Virus record (IMG/VR): IMGVR_UViG_3300005613_000374
Coordinates: 1 to 25,776 of that record
Source: a virus
Taxonomy: Duplodnaviria > Caudoviricetes
DNA length: 25,776 nt
Strand: one strand, 5' to 3'
The notes below the pieces were generated by a model that saw only the letters and a program-made list of their open reading frames with translations, made no database searches and was not told where the DNA came from. The position numbers and the translations under genes are program-made. Below are positions 25,549 to 25,776 of this stretch, in pieces. Numbering within the stretch: position 1 is the first letter of the stretch; each line of letters opens with the position of its first letter.

Positions 25549-25729
25549 CACCAGATTTAGCGAAGTACATGCTGCCCATGAGTGGGGTCTGACTCCAACA
25601 CAATTCTGGGAATGTTCGGAGACTGACCAGGCCTTTATGATTCAATATTGCAACACTGTCACTCGCATGGAATCTTGGGAAAATGAGCAAATGATACAAG
25701 ACGCCAAGAAACAACAACGGAGGAAATGA
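25469..25729 (+). CDS. Tail assembly chaperone frameshift extension (gpT-like, +1 frame)
   Basis: Overlapping +1 ORF with AHEWGLTPTQFW motif; shift site CTC-TTT-CGA at 25465-25473. Confidence 0.65.
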   Translation, partial: FEVQWRTGRVWTALSKLPVKRGRWRHSTRFSEVHAAHEWGLTPTQFWECSETDQAFMIQYCNTVTRMESWENEQMIQDAKKQQRRK

Positions 25730-25776
25730 TGCCTAATCCTAACGATGTAGGCATACATGCCATTTGGGATAACAAA
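25729..25776 (+). CDS. Tape measure protein, 5' end only
   Basis: GGAGG RBS, ATGATG overlapping the upstream stop, open to the window end (MPNPNDVGIHAIWDNK); called by synteny. Confidence 0.55.
   Translation, partial: MPNPNDVGIHAIWDNK

Noticed and set aside
1-25776. CRISPR array, rRNA, integrase/att site, reverse transcriptase or DGR, recoded stop codons
   Set aside because: No repeat-spacer array, RT or integrase motifs seen; genes end normally in TAA, TAG and TGA.

Overview
Roughly 26 kb of a tailed (siphovirus-like) bacteriophage or prophage, host unknown. Bases 1-3450 are a leftward early region of small genes ending in a RecT-like annealing protein. It is driven by two near-identical consensus sigma70 promoters and has structured intergenic RNAs, including a complete type II hammerhead ribozyme at 3087-3153 (minus strand). 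From 3524 the genes run rightward: ParB-like/DNA methyltransferase, HNH nuclease, TerS, TerL, a portal with a LAGLIDADG intein, and a MuF minor head protein carrying a 124-aa mini-intein and a C-terminal R-S-E ADP-ribosyltransferase, followed by a candidate immunity ORF. A third rightward unit starts at a promoter with an attenuator-like leader. It encodes the protease, scaffold, decoration and major capsid proteins, a free-standing HNH, three paralogous beta-helix proteins, neck genes, a tail-tube/BNR beta-propeller fusion, tail chaperones with a probable +1 UUU-CGA frameshift, and the start of the tape measure gene. All family assignments come from motif recognition and synteny; no searches were run.
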